From: Longivirga aurantiaca
GTDB lineage: Bacteria; Actinomycetota; Actinomycetes; S36-B12; CAIYMF01
Reading direction: 5' to 3'
Assembly: GCF_042660085.1 (NCBI RefSeq)
Contig: NZ_JBHSTI010000008.1
Span: forward strand, 2,025,604-2,057,603
DNA length: 32,000 nucleotides
Shown: piece by piece, positions 17,490 to 29,427 of the stretch
How the letters are laid out: each line of letters opens with the position of its first letter
How positions within the stretch are numbered: position 1 is the stretch's first letter
Notes under the pieces: generated by a model
Database searches by the model: none
What the model was told of the DNA's origin: nothing
What the model saw: only the letters and a program-made list of their open reading frames with translations
Translations under genes and position numbers: made by a program

Positions 17490-18419
17490 GTGGCACAGCT
17501 TCCCTCCGTCCTCCTCCCGAGCCCTGGCGACCGCGGGCTCGCGACGACCGACCGCGACCGGCTCGCGGCGTCGGTCGACCGGGCGTGGGCGCTGTTCGCC
17601 GAGATGGTCGAGCCGCTCGACCTCGCAGCCGTCACGCGCGCCAAGGGTCTGACGGTGCGCGAGGTGGTGACGCCGCTGGGTGCCTGGCCGGACAACCGGC
17701 CGCTGGCGCAGCTGCTCGAGGAGGCGCGCAGCGGAGTGGTCGGCGACCACGACCAGGGAGCCCTCGTGGACGCCGTGCGCGCCGCGCACGCCGACGAGCC
17801 GCGCGACGCCGTGCTGGCCGCGGTCCGGGCGCAGGGCGGCCAGATGGCGGCGTGGCTTGCGTCGGAGGAGTCCGACGTCGACGGTCTGCTGCCCGTGGCG
17901 TCGATGCTCGGCACGATCCCGCTGCTCACGTTCCTGCACGCCTCGACGTACCCGCTGGCGACCTCGGCGCTGGACCTCGAGCAGGCCGGCGCCGTCGTGC
18001 CGGACGAGCTGCTCGCGCTCGGGCTCGTCGGGGTGCTCGACACCATCGGCGCCCTGGCCGCCCGGCAGGGGCTCACCGCATCGCTCGTCGCCGTGACGCC
18101 GACGCTGTGCGCCGGGGTCGCGTCGGTGCCCGGGGCATGGCGCACGGCCGACCTCGACGGGCTCGACGCCGCCGACCTCGGGCCGCGTGTGGAGGGCACC
18201 GTGCGGATGCTTCTCGACGTGACGGCGAGCCGGGCCGACGTGCCGCGGGCCATGGCAGCGAAGACCCTGGCGCTGCACGACGTCCCGGGGCTGCTCGCGC
18301 TGGCGCCGCTCGTCGATCAGGTGCCGGGGATCCCAGGCGGCGCGGCGCTGTCCGCGAGCATGCGCGCGGTGTCCGCCGTGGGGTCGCTGCTGCGCCGCCT
18401 GCCGTTCACGCGAGGCTGA
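17490..18419 (+). CDS. Hypothetical protein, possibly maleylpyruvate isomerase / mycothiol-dependent DinB-like family
   Basis: Intact 309-aa ORF; N-terminal DRDRLAASVDRAWALFAEMVEPLDLAAVTRAKGLTVREVVTPLGAWP arrangement. Family assignment tentative. Confidence 0.6.
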   Translation: MAQLPSVLLPSPGDRGLATTDRDRLAASVDRAWALFAEMVEPLDLAAVTRAKGLTVREVVTPLGAWPDNRPLAQLLEEARSGVVGDHDQGALVDAVRAAHADEPRDAVLAAVRAQGGQMAAWLASEESDVDGLLPVASMLGTIPLLTFLHASTYPLATSALDLEQAGAVVPDELLALGLVGVLDTIGALAARQGLTASLVAVTPTLCAGVASVPGAWRTADLDGLDAADLGPRVEGTVRMLLDVTASRADVPRAMAAKTLALHDVPGLLALAPLVDQVPGIPGGAALSASMRAVSAVGSLLRRLPFTRG

Positions 18420-18426
18420 GCCAGGG

Positions 18427-18858
18427 TCAGCGGCGGGAGGCCTTGGGGGCGACGAGGCGGGTGCCCTGCCACTCGCGGGAGGCCGACAGGGTGCTCGTGG
18501 CCTGCAGGCCCGCGGTGGGGGCGGCGTCGGCGATGTCGCTGGCCTCGACGTGGCCGTCGCGGCCGGGCTTGGGCGTGAGCAGCCAGACGACGCCCTGGTC
18601 GGCGAGGATCGCGATGGCGTCCATGAGGGCGTCGACGAGGTCGCCGTCGTCCTCGCGCCACCACAGCAGCACGACGTCCACGACGTCGTCGTAGTCCTCG
18701 TCCACGAGCTCGGCGCCCGTGGCTGCGGCGATCGCGGAGCGGAGCTCTGCGTCGACGTCGTCGTCGTAGCCGATCTCCTGCACGACCTGCCCGGAGACGA
18801 TCCCGAACCGAGCCGCCAGGCTCTTCTGGGCCTCCGCGCCGTCCGCCGTCGCGGTCAC
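18427..18858 (-). CDS. DUF3052 domain-containing protein
   Basis: LAARFGIVSGQVVQEIGYDDDVDAELRSAI...VDVVLLWWREDDGDLVDALMDA; located next to aceE. Confidence 0.85.
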   Translation of the reverse strand: MTATADGAEAQKSLAARFGIVSGQVVQEIGYDDDVDAELRSAIAAATGAELVDEDYDDVVDVVLLWWREDDGDLVDALMDAIAILADQGVVWLLTPKPGRDGHVEASDIADAAPTAGLQATSTLSASREWQGTRLVAPKASRR

Positions 18859-19147
18859 GACGTCCTCCGCTTCCTCACGCCGACGGCACTGCGCCACCGG
18901 GTGGGGCTAGTCCACCGGACCGCGAGCCGCGCACGCAAGCACCACGGCCTCGTTGCTGCGCGCGTCGCCCCAGGTGGGAACCCTCCGAACGCACCCTGAC
19001 CCGGTTCGCGGCCGCCACGATGCGGTGACCCGCGAGTAACCGGCAGGATGGTCCCTGCGTCTCCCCGCGACCCGGGGACCCCGGCGCGGACCGGCACACG
19101 CACCAGCCTGGCAACCCGAGGGCAACGGCGCCCCCGCACGCACTTCC

Positions 19148-21910
<2,763 letters not shown>

Positions 21911-21919
21911 CCAATCCCG

Positions 21920-21971
21920 CGATTTGGTAGTGGAAAGTCGCGCTCTGCTGCGACTTTCCACTACCGAATCG
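21920..21971. terminator. 22-bp stem hairpin between convergent aceE and pirin genes
   Basis: cgatttggtagtggaaagtcgc / gcgactttccactaccgaatcg, one G.U, 8-nt loop. Confidence 0.8.
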
Positions 21972-21972
21972 G

Positions 21973-22752
21973 TCAGCCCAGGGTGGCATGCATCTCCCAG
22001 ACCAGGACCTCGGCGTCGCCGCCGACGGCGGTAACCCTCTGGCCCTCGGACACCGTGATGCGGGCGGCGTCGCCAGTCTCCAGAGTCCCTGCGCCCTCGA
22101 GCTCGACCGCGCCGCGCGCGACGAACAGGTGGACGAACGGCGCCGCGGGAAGCTCGACGCTGCCGCCGTCGGCAAGCCGCGCGGCGAGCAGGCCGGCGTA
22201 CTGGTTCTGGATGCGGATCGCGCGGTCGTCGGCGTGCTTGGCCATGCCGGACGCAACGGTGACGAGCCCGCCCGCCTGCAGCTCGGCGGTGATGTCGAGC
22301 TGCTCGTAGCCGGGCGCGAGGCGCTGCGTGTCGGGCACGACCCACATCTGGATGAAGTGCACCGGGTCGGTGTGGGTGTCGCCGCCGGTGAGGCGCCAGG
22401 AGTCGTTCTTCTCCGAGTGCAGGATCCCGGTGCCGGCGCTCATGCGCTGGGCGAGCCCCGGCTGGATGACGCCGCTGTGCCCCTCGGAGTCCTGGTGGAC
22501 GAGGCCGCCGTCGAGCACCCAGGTGACGATCTCCATGTCGCGGTGCGGGTGCGTCTCGAAGCCGGTGCCGGGCGCGACGACGTCGTCGTTGGAGACCAGC
22601 AGCAGGCCGAAGTGGGTGTTGGCCGGGTCGCGGTGGTGCCCGAACGAGAACGAGTGCGAGCTGTCGAGCCAGCCGAGGTCGGTCGCGAACCGGTCGGCGG
22701 AGCGGCGCAGGTCGACCGAGGGCGTGAGCGAGGCGGTCGATGAGGTGGTCAC
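21973..22752 (-). CDS. Pirin family protein
   Basis: FSFGHHRDPANTHFG, HPHRDMEIVTWVLDGGLVHQDSEG, QRMSAGTGILHSEKN. GTG start at 22752 is preceded by GGAGG. Confidence 0.92.
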   Translation of the reverse strand: MTTSSTASLTPSVDLRRSADRFATDLGWLDSSHSFSFGHHRDPANTHFGLLLVSNDDVVAPGTGFETHPHRDMEIVTWVLDGGLVHQDSEGHSGVIQPGLAQRMSAGTGILHSEKNDSWRLTGGDTHTDPVHFIQMWVVPDTQRLAPGYEQLDITAELQAGGLVTVASGMAKHADDRAIRIQNQYAGLLAARLADGGSVELPAAPFVHLFVARGAVELEGAGTLETGDAARITVSEGQRVTAVGGDAEVLVWEMHATLG

Positions 22753-22768
22753 GGGTCCTCCAGCGGTT

Positions 22769-22788
22769 GTGGTTGATCGTTCAACCAC
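22769..22788. promoter_or_regulatory. 20-nt inverted repeat, candidate operator in pirin/fasR-like divergent region
   Basis: GTGGTTGA-TCGT-TCAACCAC, 8-bp perfect arms. Confidence 0.5.
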
Positions 22789-22855
22789 ATGACCTGTTGT
22801 CGTATTCCGACAGTCGCGGGGCCTGGCAGGCCTCGCTGAACCCTAGGCTTCGCCC

Positions 22856-24031
22856 GTGCCCACCGCGAGCGAGCGCCACCGCGCCACCACCGTGCGCCGC
22901 CTCGAGCGCGCGACCGGCAGCCTCGCCACCGCCGCCTCGGCCCGGATGGAGTCCGAGCTCCCCTGGTACGCCGCGATGTCCGCCGAGGACCGCTCCTGGG
23001 TCAACCTCGTGGCGCAGGCCGGCATCGCGGCCTTCGTCCGCTGGTTCCGCGACCCGGAGGGCGCCTCGGCCATCACCGCCGACGTCTTCGGCACCGCGCC
23101 GCAGGAGCTCGTGCGCGCGGTCTCCCTGCAGCAGACGGTCGACCTCGTCCGCACGACGATCGCCGTGGTCGAGGAGCACGTCCAGGAGCTGGCCAGCCCC
23201 GAGGACCTCCCCTGGGTGCGCGAGGGCATGCTCCTCTACTCCCGCGAGATCGCCTTCGCCGCGGCGCAGGTCTACGCGCGTGCGGCCGAGGCCCGCGGCG
23301 CGTGGGACGCCCGGCTCGAGTCGCTCGTGCTCGACGCCCTGCTGCGTGACGACCTCGCCGACGACGTCGTCTCCCGCGGCGCCGCGCTCGGGTGGGGCGC
23401 GGTCACGGGAGTGTGCGTGGTCACAGGCCATGCGCCGGACGGCGACCCCGAGACCGTCGCCGAGGGCGTGAAGCGGGCGGCGCGCCACCACCGGTACGAC
23501 GCGCTCACCGGCGTCCAGTCCCAGCGCCTCGTCGTGGTGCTCGGCAACGTCACCGACGCCGCGACCGCGGCCCGGGCCGTCCTCGCCCACTTCGCACCCG
23601 GCCCGGTCGTGGTCGGGCCCGTCGTCCCCCGCCTCGCCGACGCCGGCCGCAGCGCCAAGGAGTCGCTCACCGCCCTCCGGGCGGCGGTGGCCTGGCCGGA
23701 CGCGCCGAGGCCCGTGCTCGCCGAGGACCTGCTGCCCGAGCGCGCCCTCGACGGCGACGACGACGCCGTCGCGCGGCTCGTGACCGAGGTGTACGACCGG
23801 CTGCTGGCGGAGGACCCGGCGCTGGTCGAGACGCTGTCGGCGTACCTCGAGCGGACGGGCAGCCTCGAGGGCACCGCGCGCGAGCTGTTCGTCCACCCCA
23901 ACACCGTGCGCTACCGTCTGCGGCGCGTCGCCGACGTCACCGGCCTCACGCCCACGATGCCCCGCGACGCCTGGTCGCTGCGGATGGCGCTGGCCCTCGG
24001 GCGCCTCGGCGAGGACCGAACCTCCACCTGA
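22856..24031 (+). CDS. fasR: PucR/CdaR-type HTH regulator, FasR-like fatty acid biosynthesis regulator
   Basis: C-terminal LSAYLERTGSLEGTARELFVHPNTVRYRLRRVADVTGL; directly upstream of fabD as in other actinobacteria. Confidence 0.85.
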   Translation: MPTASERHRATTVRRLERATGSLATAASARMESELPWYAAMSAEDRSWVNLVAQAGIAAFVRWFRDPEGASAITADVFGTAPQELVRAVSLQQTVDLVRTTIAVVEEHVQELASPEDLPWVREGMLLYSREIAFAAAQVYARAAEARGAWDARLESLVLDALLRDDLADDVVSRGAALGWGAVTGVCVVTGHAPDGDPETVAEGVKRAARHHRYDALTGVQSQRLVVVLGNVTDAATAARAVLAHFAPGPVVVGPVVPRLADAGRSAKESLTALRAAVAWPDAPRPVLAEDLLPERALDGDDDAVARLVTEVYDRLLAEDPALVETLSAYLERTGSLEGTARELFVHPNTVRYRLRRVADVTGLTPTMPRDAWSLRMALALGRLGEDRTST

Positions 24032-24035
24032 TACG

Positions 24036-24052
24036 TTGTAGGAAACCTACAA
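24036..24052. promoter_or_regulatory. Candidate fab operon operator
   Basis: TTGTAGG-AAA-CCTACAA perfect 7-bp inverted repeat in the fasR-fabD intergenic region. Confidence 0.55.
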
Positions 24053-24119
24053 AGTTCGCGGGTCGGGTTTGGCCGGGCCGTGATCTCCGCGTGACCTTCT
24101 CTCCCGGAAGGCTGAACCC

Positions 24120-25307
24120 GTGCTCGTCGTCGTCGCGCCCGGACAGGGCTCTCAGACCCCCGGTTTCCTCACGCCCTGGCTGGAGGTGCCCGGCTTCGCG
24201 GACCGCCTCCGCTGGCTCTCCACCGTCGCCGGGATCGACCTCGTGCAGCACGGCACCGAGAGCGACGCCGACACCATCCGCGACACCGCCGTGGCGCAGC
24301 CGCTGCTGGTGGGGGCGGGCCTGGTCACGCTGGTGAGCCTGTTCCCGCACCCGGCCGAGGCGTACGGCAAGGTCGGCGCGGGGGCCGGGCACAGCGTCGG
24401 CGAGATCACCGCCGCCGTCGGCGCCGGTGTCATGACGGCCGAGCAGGCCATGGTGTTCGTGCGCGAGCGCGGCCGCGCGATGGCCGCCGCCGCAGCCGTC
24501 ACCCCCACCGGGATGACGGCGGTGCTCGGCGGCGACCGCGACGAGGTCGTCGCCGCCGCCGAGAAGCACGGACTCACCGCCGCCAACGAGAACGGCGCCG
24601 GGCAGATCGTGGTGGCCGGCACCCTCGAGCAGCTCGAGGCGTTCGCCGCCGAGCCGCCGGCCAGGGCCCGGCTGCGCCCCCTGCAGGTGGCAGGCGCGTT
24701 CCACACCCGCCACATGGGCCCCGCCGTCGCCGAGCTCGCGGCCCTGGCCCGCAGCATCTACGTGCACGACACGCGCCTGCGCCTCATCAGCAACGCCGAC
24801 GGCCAGGTCGTGCACAGCGGCCGCGACGTCCTTACGCGTCTCGTCACCCAGGTGAGCAACCCCGTCCGCTGGGACCTCTGCATGCAGACGATGGGCGAGA
24901 TCGGCGTCACGGCGCTGCTCGAGCTCACGCCGGGCGGCACGCTCACCGGCCTCGCCAAGCGCGGGCTCCCCGGCGTCGAGGCCCTGGCCCTCAACACCCC
25001 CGACGACCTGCCGGCCGCCTGGGACCTCATCGAGCGTCACGCCACGGTCGCACCGACCTCGCAGTCGCCCACCTGGCGCCTGCTCGTCGCCCCTGCCAAG
25101 GGCACCTTCCGCCTCGGCGTCACCTCCGAGAGCGGCGACAGCCTCGTGGCCGGCGCCGCGATCGGATCGATCGTCAACCTGCGCGACGAGCAGCCCGTGC
25201 TCGCACCGCACGGCGGCACCGTCGTCGAGTGGCTCGTCGAGGACGGCGACCCCGTGAGCCCCGGCCAGCCGCTCGTGCGCCTGCACCCCGAGGCCGGTCG
25301 CGCGTGA
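24120..25307 (+). CDS. fabD: Malonyl-CoA:ACP transacylase with C-terminal biotinyl/lipoyl-like extension
   Basis: VVAPGQGSQTPGF, GHSVGEITAAVGAG, VAGAFHTRHM; then APHGGTVVEWLVEDGDPVSPGQPLVRLHPEA at the C-terminus. Confidence 0.93.
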   Translation: MLVVVAPGQGSQTPGFLTPWLEVPGFADRLRWLSTVAGIDLVQHGTESDADTIRDTAVAQPLLVGAGLVTLVSLFPHPAEAYGKVGAGAGHSVGEITAAVGAGVMTAEQAMVFVRERGRAMAAAAAVTPTGMTAVLGGDRDEVVAAAEKHGLTAANENGAGQIVVAGTLEQLEAFAAEPPARARLRPLQVAGAFHTRHMGPAVAELAALARSIYVHDTRLRLISNADGQVVHSGRDVLTRLVTQVSNPVRWDLCMQTMGEIGVTALLELTPGGTLTGLAKRGLPGVEALALNTPDDLPAAWDLIERHATVAPTSQSPTWRLLVAPAKGTFRLGVTSESGDSLVAGAAIGSIVNLRDEQPVLAPHGGTVVEWLVEDGDPVSPGQPLVRLHPEAGRA

Positions 25308-26308
25308 CCGCCCGCATCGCGACGACGCCCGTCCGCGCCGGCAGTCGCATCGTCTCCACCGGCTCCTACCGGCCGGCGCGCGTGATCGACAACGCCGAGG
25401 TCTGCACGTGGATCGAGTCCTCGGACGAGTGGATCCGCGAGCGGTCGGGCATCGTCGAGCGGCGCTGGGCGGCACCGGACGAGAGCGTGACCGACATGGG
25501 CCTCGCCGCGGCCGAGAAGGCGCTGGCGGCGTCCGGGCTGTCAGCCACCGATCTGTCGATGGTGCTCGTCGCCACCGTGTCGCACCCGTACCAGACGCCC
25601 TCGGCCGCAGCCGAGATCGCCGACCGCATCGGCGCCCCGCAGGCCGCGGCGCTCGACGTCGCCGCCGCGTGCGCCGGCTTCTGCTACGCCCTCGGCCTCG
25701 CCGACAACCTCATCCGGTCCGGCCAGTCCGAGCACATCCTCGTGATCGGCGTCGAGAAGCTCTCGGACTTCGTGCGCCAGGACGACCGCGGCTCGTCGTT
25801 CATCTTCGCCGACGGCGCGGGCGCGGTCGTGGTGAGCCCGAGCGACCACGCCGGCATCGGACCGACCGTCTGGGGCGCCGACGGCGCGCAGAAGGACGCC
25901 ATCACGATGACGCAGTCGTGGACCGAGTTCCGCGACGACCCGAGCCACGGCTTCCCGGCGCTCGTCATGCAGGGCCAGCAGGTGTTCCGCTGGGCCGTGG
26001 GCGAGATGGCCAAGGTCTCGCAGGAGGCCCTCGCTGCCGCCGGCGTCACCGTGGACGACCTCGCCGCGTTCGTGCCGCACCAGGCGAACAACCGGATCAC
26101 CGACGCCATCGTGCGCCAGCTCGCCCTGCCCGACCACGTGGTCGTCGCCCGCGACATCATCACCACGGGCAACACCTCGGCCGCCTCGGTGCCGCTCGCG
26201 CTCGACCGCATGCTCGAGAGCGGCGAGGTGGGCCACGGCGGCCTCGCCCTGCTCGTCGGGTTCGGCGCGGGCCTCGCCTACGCCGCCCAGGTGGTGGAGA
26301 TCCCCTAG
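25304..26308 (+). CDS. fabH: Beta-ketoacyl-ACP synthase III
   Basis: Catalytic Cys (DVAAACAGFCYAL), His (FVPHQANNRI), Asn (TTGNTSAAS); GTGA overlap with fabD. Confidence 0.95.
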   Translation: MTARIATTPVRAGSRIVSTGSYRPARVIDNAEVCTWIESSDEWIRERSGIVERRWAAPDESVTDMGLAAAEKALAASGLSATDLSMVLVATVSHPYQTPSAAAEIADRIGAPQAAALDVAAACAGFCYALGLADNLIRSGQSEHILVIGVEKLSDFVRQDDRGSSFIFADGAGAVVVSPSDHAGIGPTVWGADGAQKDAITMTQSWTEFRDDPSHGFPALVMQGQQVFRWAVGEMAKVSQEALAAAGVTVDDLAAFVPHQANNRITDAIVRQLALPDHVVVARDIITTGNTSAASVPLALDRMLESGEVGHGGLALLVGFGAGLAYAAQVVEIP

Positions 26309-26409
26309 TCCCCCGCTGCCCTCGGCACCGGGAGCACGACCCGCACGACCGCTCGTCGCACCACCAGGAAGCACCACACCGTCCAGCACCGATCTGCAGG
26401 AGAAGCAAC

Positions 26410-26646
26410 GTGTCTCAGACCCTCGAGGGCCTCGCCGCCATCGTCAACGAGGTCGCCGGTACCCCCATCGCCGACATCACCCCCGAGAAGTCCTTCGTGG
26501 ACGACCTGGACATCGACTCGCTGTCGATGGTCGAGGTCGTCATGGCCTGCGAGGACAAGTTCGGCGTCAGCATCCCCGACGGCGAGGTCAAGAACCTCAA
26601 GACCGTCGGCGACGCCGTCGCCTTCATCGACGCCAACGCCGGCTGA
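26410..26646 (+). CDS. acpP: Acyl carrier protein
   Basis: 78-aa protein with DLDIDSLSMVEVVMACEDKFGVSIPD. Confidence 0.96.
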   Translation: MSQTLEGLAAIVNEVAGTPIADITPEKSFVDDLDIDSLSMVEVVMACEDKFGVSIPDGEVKNLKTVGDAVAFIDANAG

Positions 26647-26669
26647 CCAAGCCGCACCGCCGTCGTCGC

Positions 26670-26695
26670 GGCGGCGCCCCCACCGGGGCGCCGCC
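26670..26695 (+). promoter_or_regulatory. Intra-operonic hairpin between acpP and fabF
   Basis: ggcggcgcccc-cacc-ggggcgccgcc, 11-bp perfect stem. Confidence 0.6.
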
Positions 26696-26742
26696 CGCAC
26701 GACCTCTCGTCCCTCCCCGCTACGAGCCCAGGAGCTTCGTCC

Positions 26743-27984
26743 ATGACCACGGAACCCCGCCGCGTCGTCGTCACCGGTCTCGGTGCCACGACTCCCGTCG
26801 GCGGCGACGTCCCCTCCACCTGGGAGGGCCTGCTCGCCGGCCGCTCGGGCGTCCGCACCCTCGAGGACGACCGGTTCGCCGACCTCCCGGTGCGCTTCGC
26901 GGGGCAGGTCGCCGTCGATCCCAGCGAGGTCATGGAGCGCCCCGAGGCGCGCAAGCTCGACCGTTCGCAGCAGCTCGCCCTCATCGCCTCGCGCGAGGCC
27001 TGGAAGGACGCCGGCTCCCCGGAGATCGACCCGCTGCGCCTCGGCGTCGCGGTCGCCACGGGCATCGGCGGCATCGTGAGCCTGCTCGACAACTACGACA
27101 TCCTCAACACCCGCGGCTGGACGCGCGTCTCGCCGATGTCGGTGCCGCAGCTGATGCCGAACGGCTCGGCCGCCTGGATCGGCCTCGACCTCGGCGCGCA
27201 GGCCGGCATCCACACCCCGGTCTCCGCCTGCGCGTCCGGCGCCGAGGCTGTCGGCACGGGGCTGGAGATGATCCGCAGCGGCCGTGCCGACATCGTGATG
27301 ACGGGCGGCACCGAGGCGTGCATCCACCCGATCACGATCGCCGCGTTCGCCGCGATGCGTGCGCTGTCGACCCGCAACGACGACCCCGCCGGTGCGAGCC
27401 GGCCGTACGACCTCAACCGCGACGGCTTCGTCATGGGCGAGGGCGCCGGCATGCTCGTGCTCGAGGACTACGACCACGCGGTCGCGCGCGGCGCCACCAT
27501 CTACGCCGAGGTCGCGGGCGTGGGCCTGTCGGCCGACGGCCACCACATCGCGCAGCCCGAGCCCGAGGGCCGCGGGGCAACCCGCGCGATCCGCTCGGCG
27601 CTCGAGGCGTCCGGGCTCGCGGCGTCGGACATCATCCACGTGAACGCGCACGCCACCTCGACCCCGCAGGGCGACGGCGCCGAGGCGCTCGCCATCCGGG
27701 CTGCGCTCGGCAGCGCGGCCGACGGCATCGCCGTCAGCGGCACCAAGTCGATGACGGGCCACCTGCTCGGCGGCGCCGGCGCGGTCGAGTCGGTCGCCGC
27801 GATCCTCGCGCTGCGCAACCGCGTCGCCCCGGTCACCGCCAACCTCGAGGACCGCGACGACTCGATCGACCTCGACGTCGTCTTCGGCAGCCCGCGCGCC
27901 CTGCGCGCAGGGGACGCCGCGGTGCTCAACAACTCGTTCGGGTTCGGCGGCCACAACGTCGCCCTCATCTTCCGGAGCATCTGA
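26743..27984 (+). CDS. fabF: Beta-ketoacyl-ACP synthase II
   Basis: RRVVVTGLGATTPVGGDVPSTWEGLLAGRSGV, SACASGAEAVG, NAHATSTPQGD, GTKSMTGHLLGGAG, NNSFGFGGHNVALIF. Confidence 0.96.
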   Translation: MTTEPRRVVVTGLGATTPVGGDVPSTWEGLLAGRSGVRTLEDDRFADLPVRFAGQVAVDPSEVMERPEARKLDRSQQLALIASREAWKDAGSPEIDPLRLGVAVATGIGGIVSLLDNYDILNTRGWTRVSPMSVPQLMPNGSAAWIGLDLGAQAGIHTPVSACASGAEAVGTGLEMIRSGRADIVMTGGTEACIHPITIAAFAAMRALSTRNDDPAGASRPYDLNRDGFVMGEGAGMLVLEDYDHAVARGATIYAEVAGVGLSADGHHIAQPEPEGRGATRAIRSALEASGLAASDIIHVNAHATSTPQGDGAEALAIRAALGSAADGIAVSGTKSMTGHLLGGAGAVESVAAILALRNRVAPVTANLEDRDDSIDLDVVFGSPRALRAGDAAVLNNSFGFGGHNVALIFRSI

Positions 27985-29411
27985 TGACCGCAGTGGCCGG
28001 CTCCGACATCCAGGTCACCGACCTCGACCCGCGGCACCCCCTGGTGCGCCTCGATGCGTTCCTCGACGACGGCACGATGGAGCTCATCTCCGCCGTCGAC
28101 GACTGCGGCGTCATCGCCGCCACCGGCGTCGCGCACGGCACCCCTGTCGTCGTCTTCTGCACAGACCCCACGGTGCAGGGCGGCGCGATGGGCATCGGCG
28201 GCTGCAAGGTCATCGTCGAGGCGTACGAGCGCGCGAGCGCGGACGGCGTCCCGATCGTGGGCCTGTGGCACTCCGGCGGCGCACGCCTGCGCGAGGGCGT
28301 CGAGAGCCTGCAGGCCGTCGGCCTCGTCTTCGCGATCATGACGCGGGTCTCCGGCCGCATCCCGCAGATCTCGGTCGTGCTCGGCCCGGCTGCCGGCGGT
28401 GCGGCGTACGGCCCGGCGCTGACCGACGTCGTCGTGCTCGGCCCCGAGGGCCGCGTGTTCGTCACCGGCCCCGACGTCGTCCGCTCGGTCACCGGCGAGG
28501 ACGTCGACATGCTGCGCCTCGGCGGCCCCGAGCCGCACGGCCGCCGGTCCGGTGTCGTGCACGTGGTGTCGGCGACCGAGCGCCAGGCGCTCGACGACGG
28601 CGCCCGCCTCGCCTCGCTGCTCGGCACCCACGGCACGCTCAACGTCACCGCCGTGGCCGACGTCGACCTCGCCGCGCTCATGCCCGAGAACATCAAGCGC
28701 GCGTACGACGTCCACCCCGTCGTCGATGCTCTGCTCGACGAGGGAAGCTCGCTCGAGCTCCACCCCCGCTGGGCGCCGAACATCGTGACGACGCTCGGCC
28801 GCATGGGCGGTCGCGCCGTCGGCGTCATCGCCAACAACCCGCTGCGCCTCGGCGGCTGCCTCGACGCCACCAGCGCCGAGAAGGCCGCGCGGTTCGTGCG
28901 CATGTGCGACGCGTTCGGCCTGCCGCTCGTCGTCGTCGTCGACGTGCCCGGCTACCTCCCCGGCGTCGGGCAGGAGTGGGACGGCGTCGTGCGCCGCGGC
29001 GCGAAGCTGCTGCACGCGTTCGCGGAGGCCGAGGTGCCGCGCGTGACCGTCGTGACGCGCAAGGCCTTCGGCGGCGCCTACATCGCGATGAACGCCCGTG
29101 CCCTCGGTGCCACCAAGGTGTTCGCGTGGCCCGACGCGCAGGTGGCCGTCATGGGCGCCGTCGCAGCCGTGCGGATCCTGCACCGCCGCAAGCTGGCCGA
29201 GGTGCCCGCCGACGCCCGCACCCAGGTCGAGAACGAGCTGGCCGAGGAGCACACCCGCATCGCGGGCGGCGTCGAGAAGGCCGTGGCGATCGGCGTCGTC
29301 GACGAGGTCGTCACGCCGCAGACCACGCGCAGCGCCCTCGCCCGCGCGCTGGCCGACGCGCTCGCCGCCGATCCGGACATCCGCGGGCACCACGGCAACA
29401 TCCCGCTGTAG
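27984..29411 (+). CDS. Acyl-CoA/acetyl-CoA carboxylase carboxyltransferase subunit
   Basis: MGIGGCKVIVEAYERA, WHSGGARLREGVESL, GPAAGGAAYGPAL, VVVDVPGYLPGVGQEW, KAFGGAYIAMNA; ATGA overlap with fabF. Confidence 0.93.
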   Translation: MTAVAGSDIQVTDLDPRHPLVRLDAFLDDGTMELISAVDDCGVIAATGVAHGTPVVVFCTDPTVQGGAMGIGGCKVIVEAYERASADGVPIVGLWHSGGARLREGVESLQAVGLVFAIMTRVSGRIPQISVVLGPAAGGAAYGPALTDVVVLGPEGRVFVTGPDVVRSVTGEDVDMLRLGGPEPHGRRSGVVHVVSATERQALDDGARLASLLGTHGTLNVTAVADVDLAALMPENIKRAYDVHPVVDALLDEGSSLELHPRWAPNIVTTLGRMGGRAVGVIANNPLRLGGCLDATSAEKAARFVRMCDAFGLPLVVVVDVPGYLPGVGQEWDGVVRRGAKLLHAFAEAEVPRVTVVTRKAFGGAYIAMNARALGATKVFAWPDAQVAVMGAVAAVRILHRRKLAEVPADARTQVENELAEEHTRIAGGVEKAVAIGVVDEVVTPQTTRSALARALADALAADPDIRGHHGNIPL

Positions 29412-29427
29412 CCCCGCAGCCCCGGCT

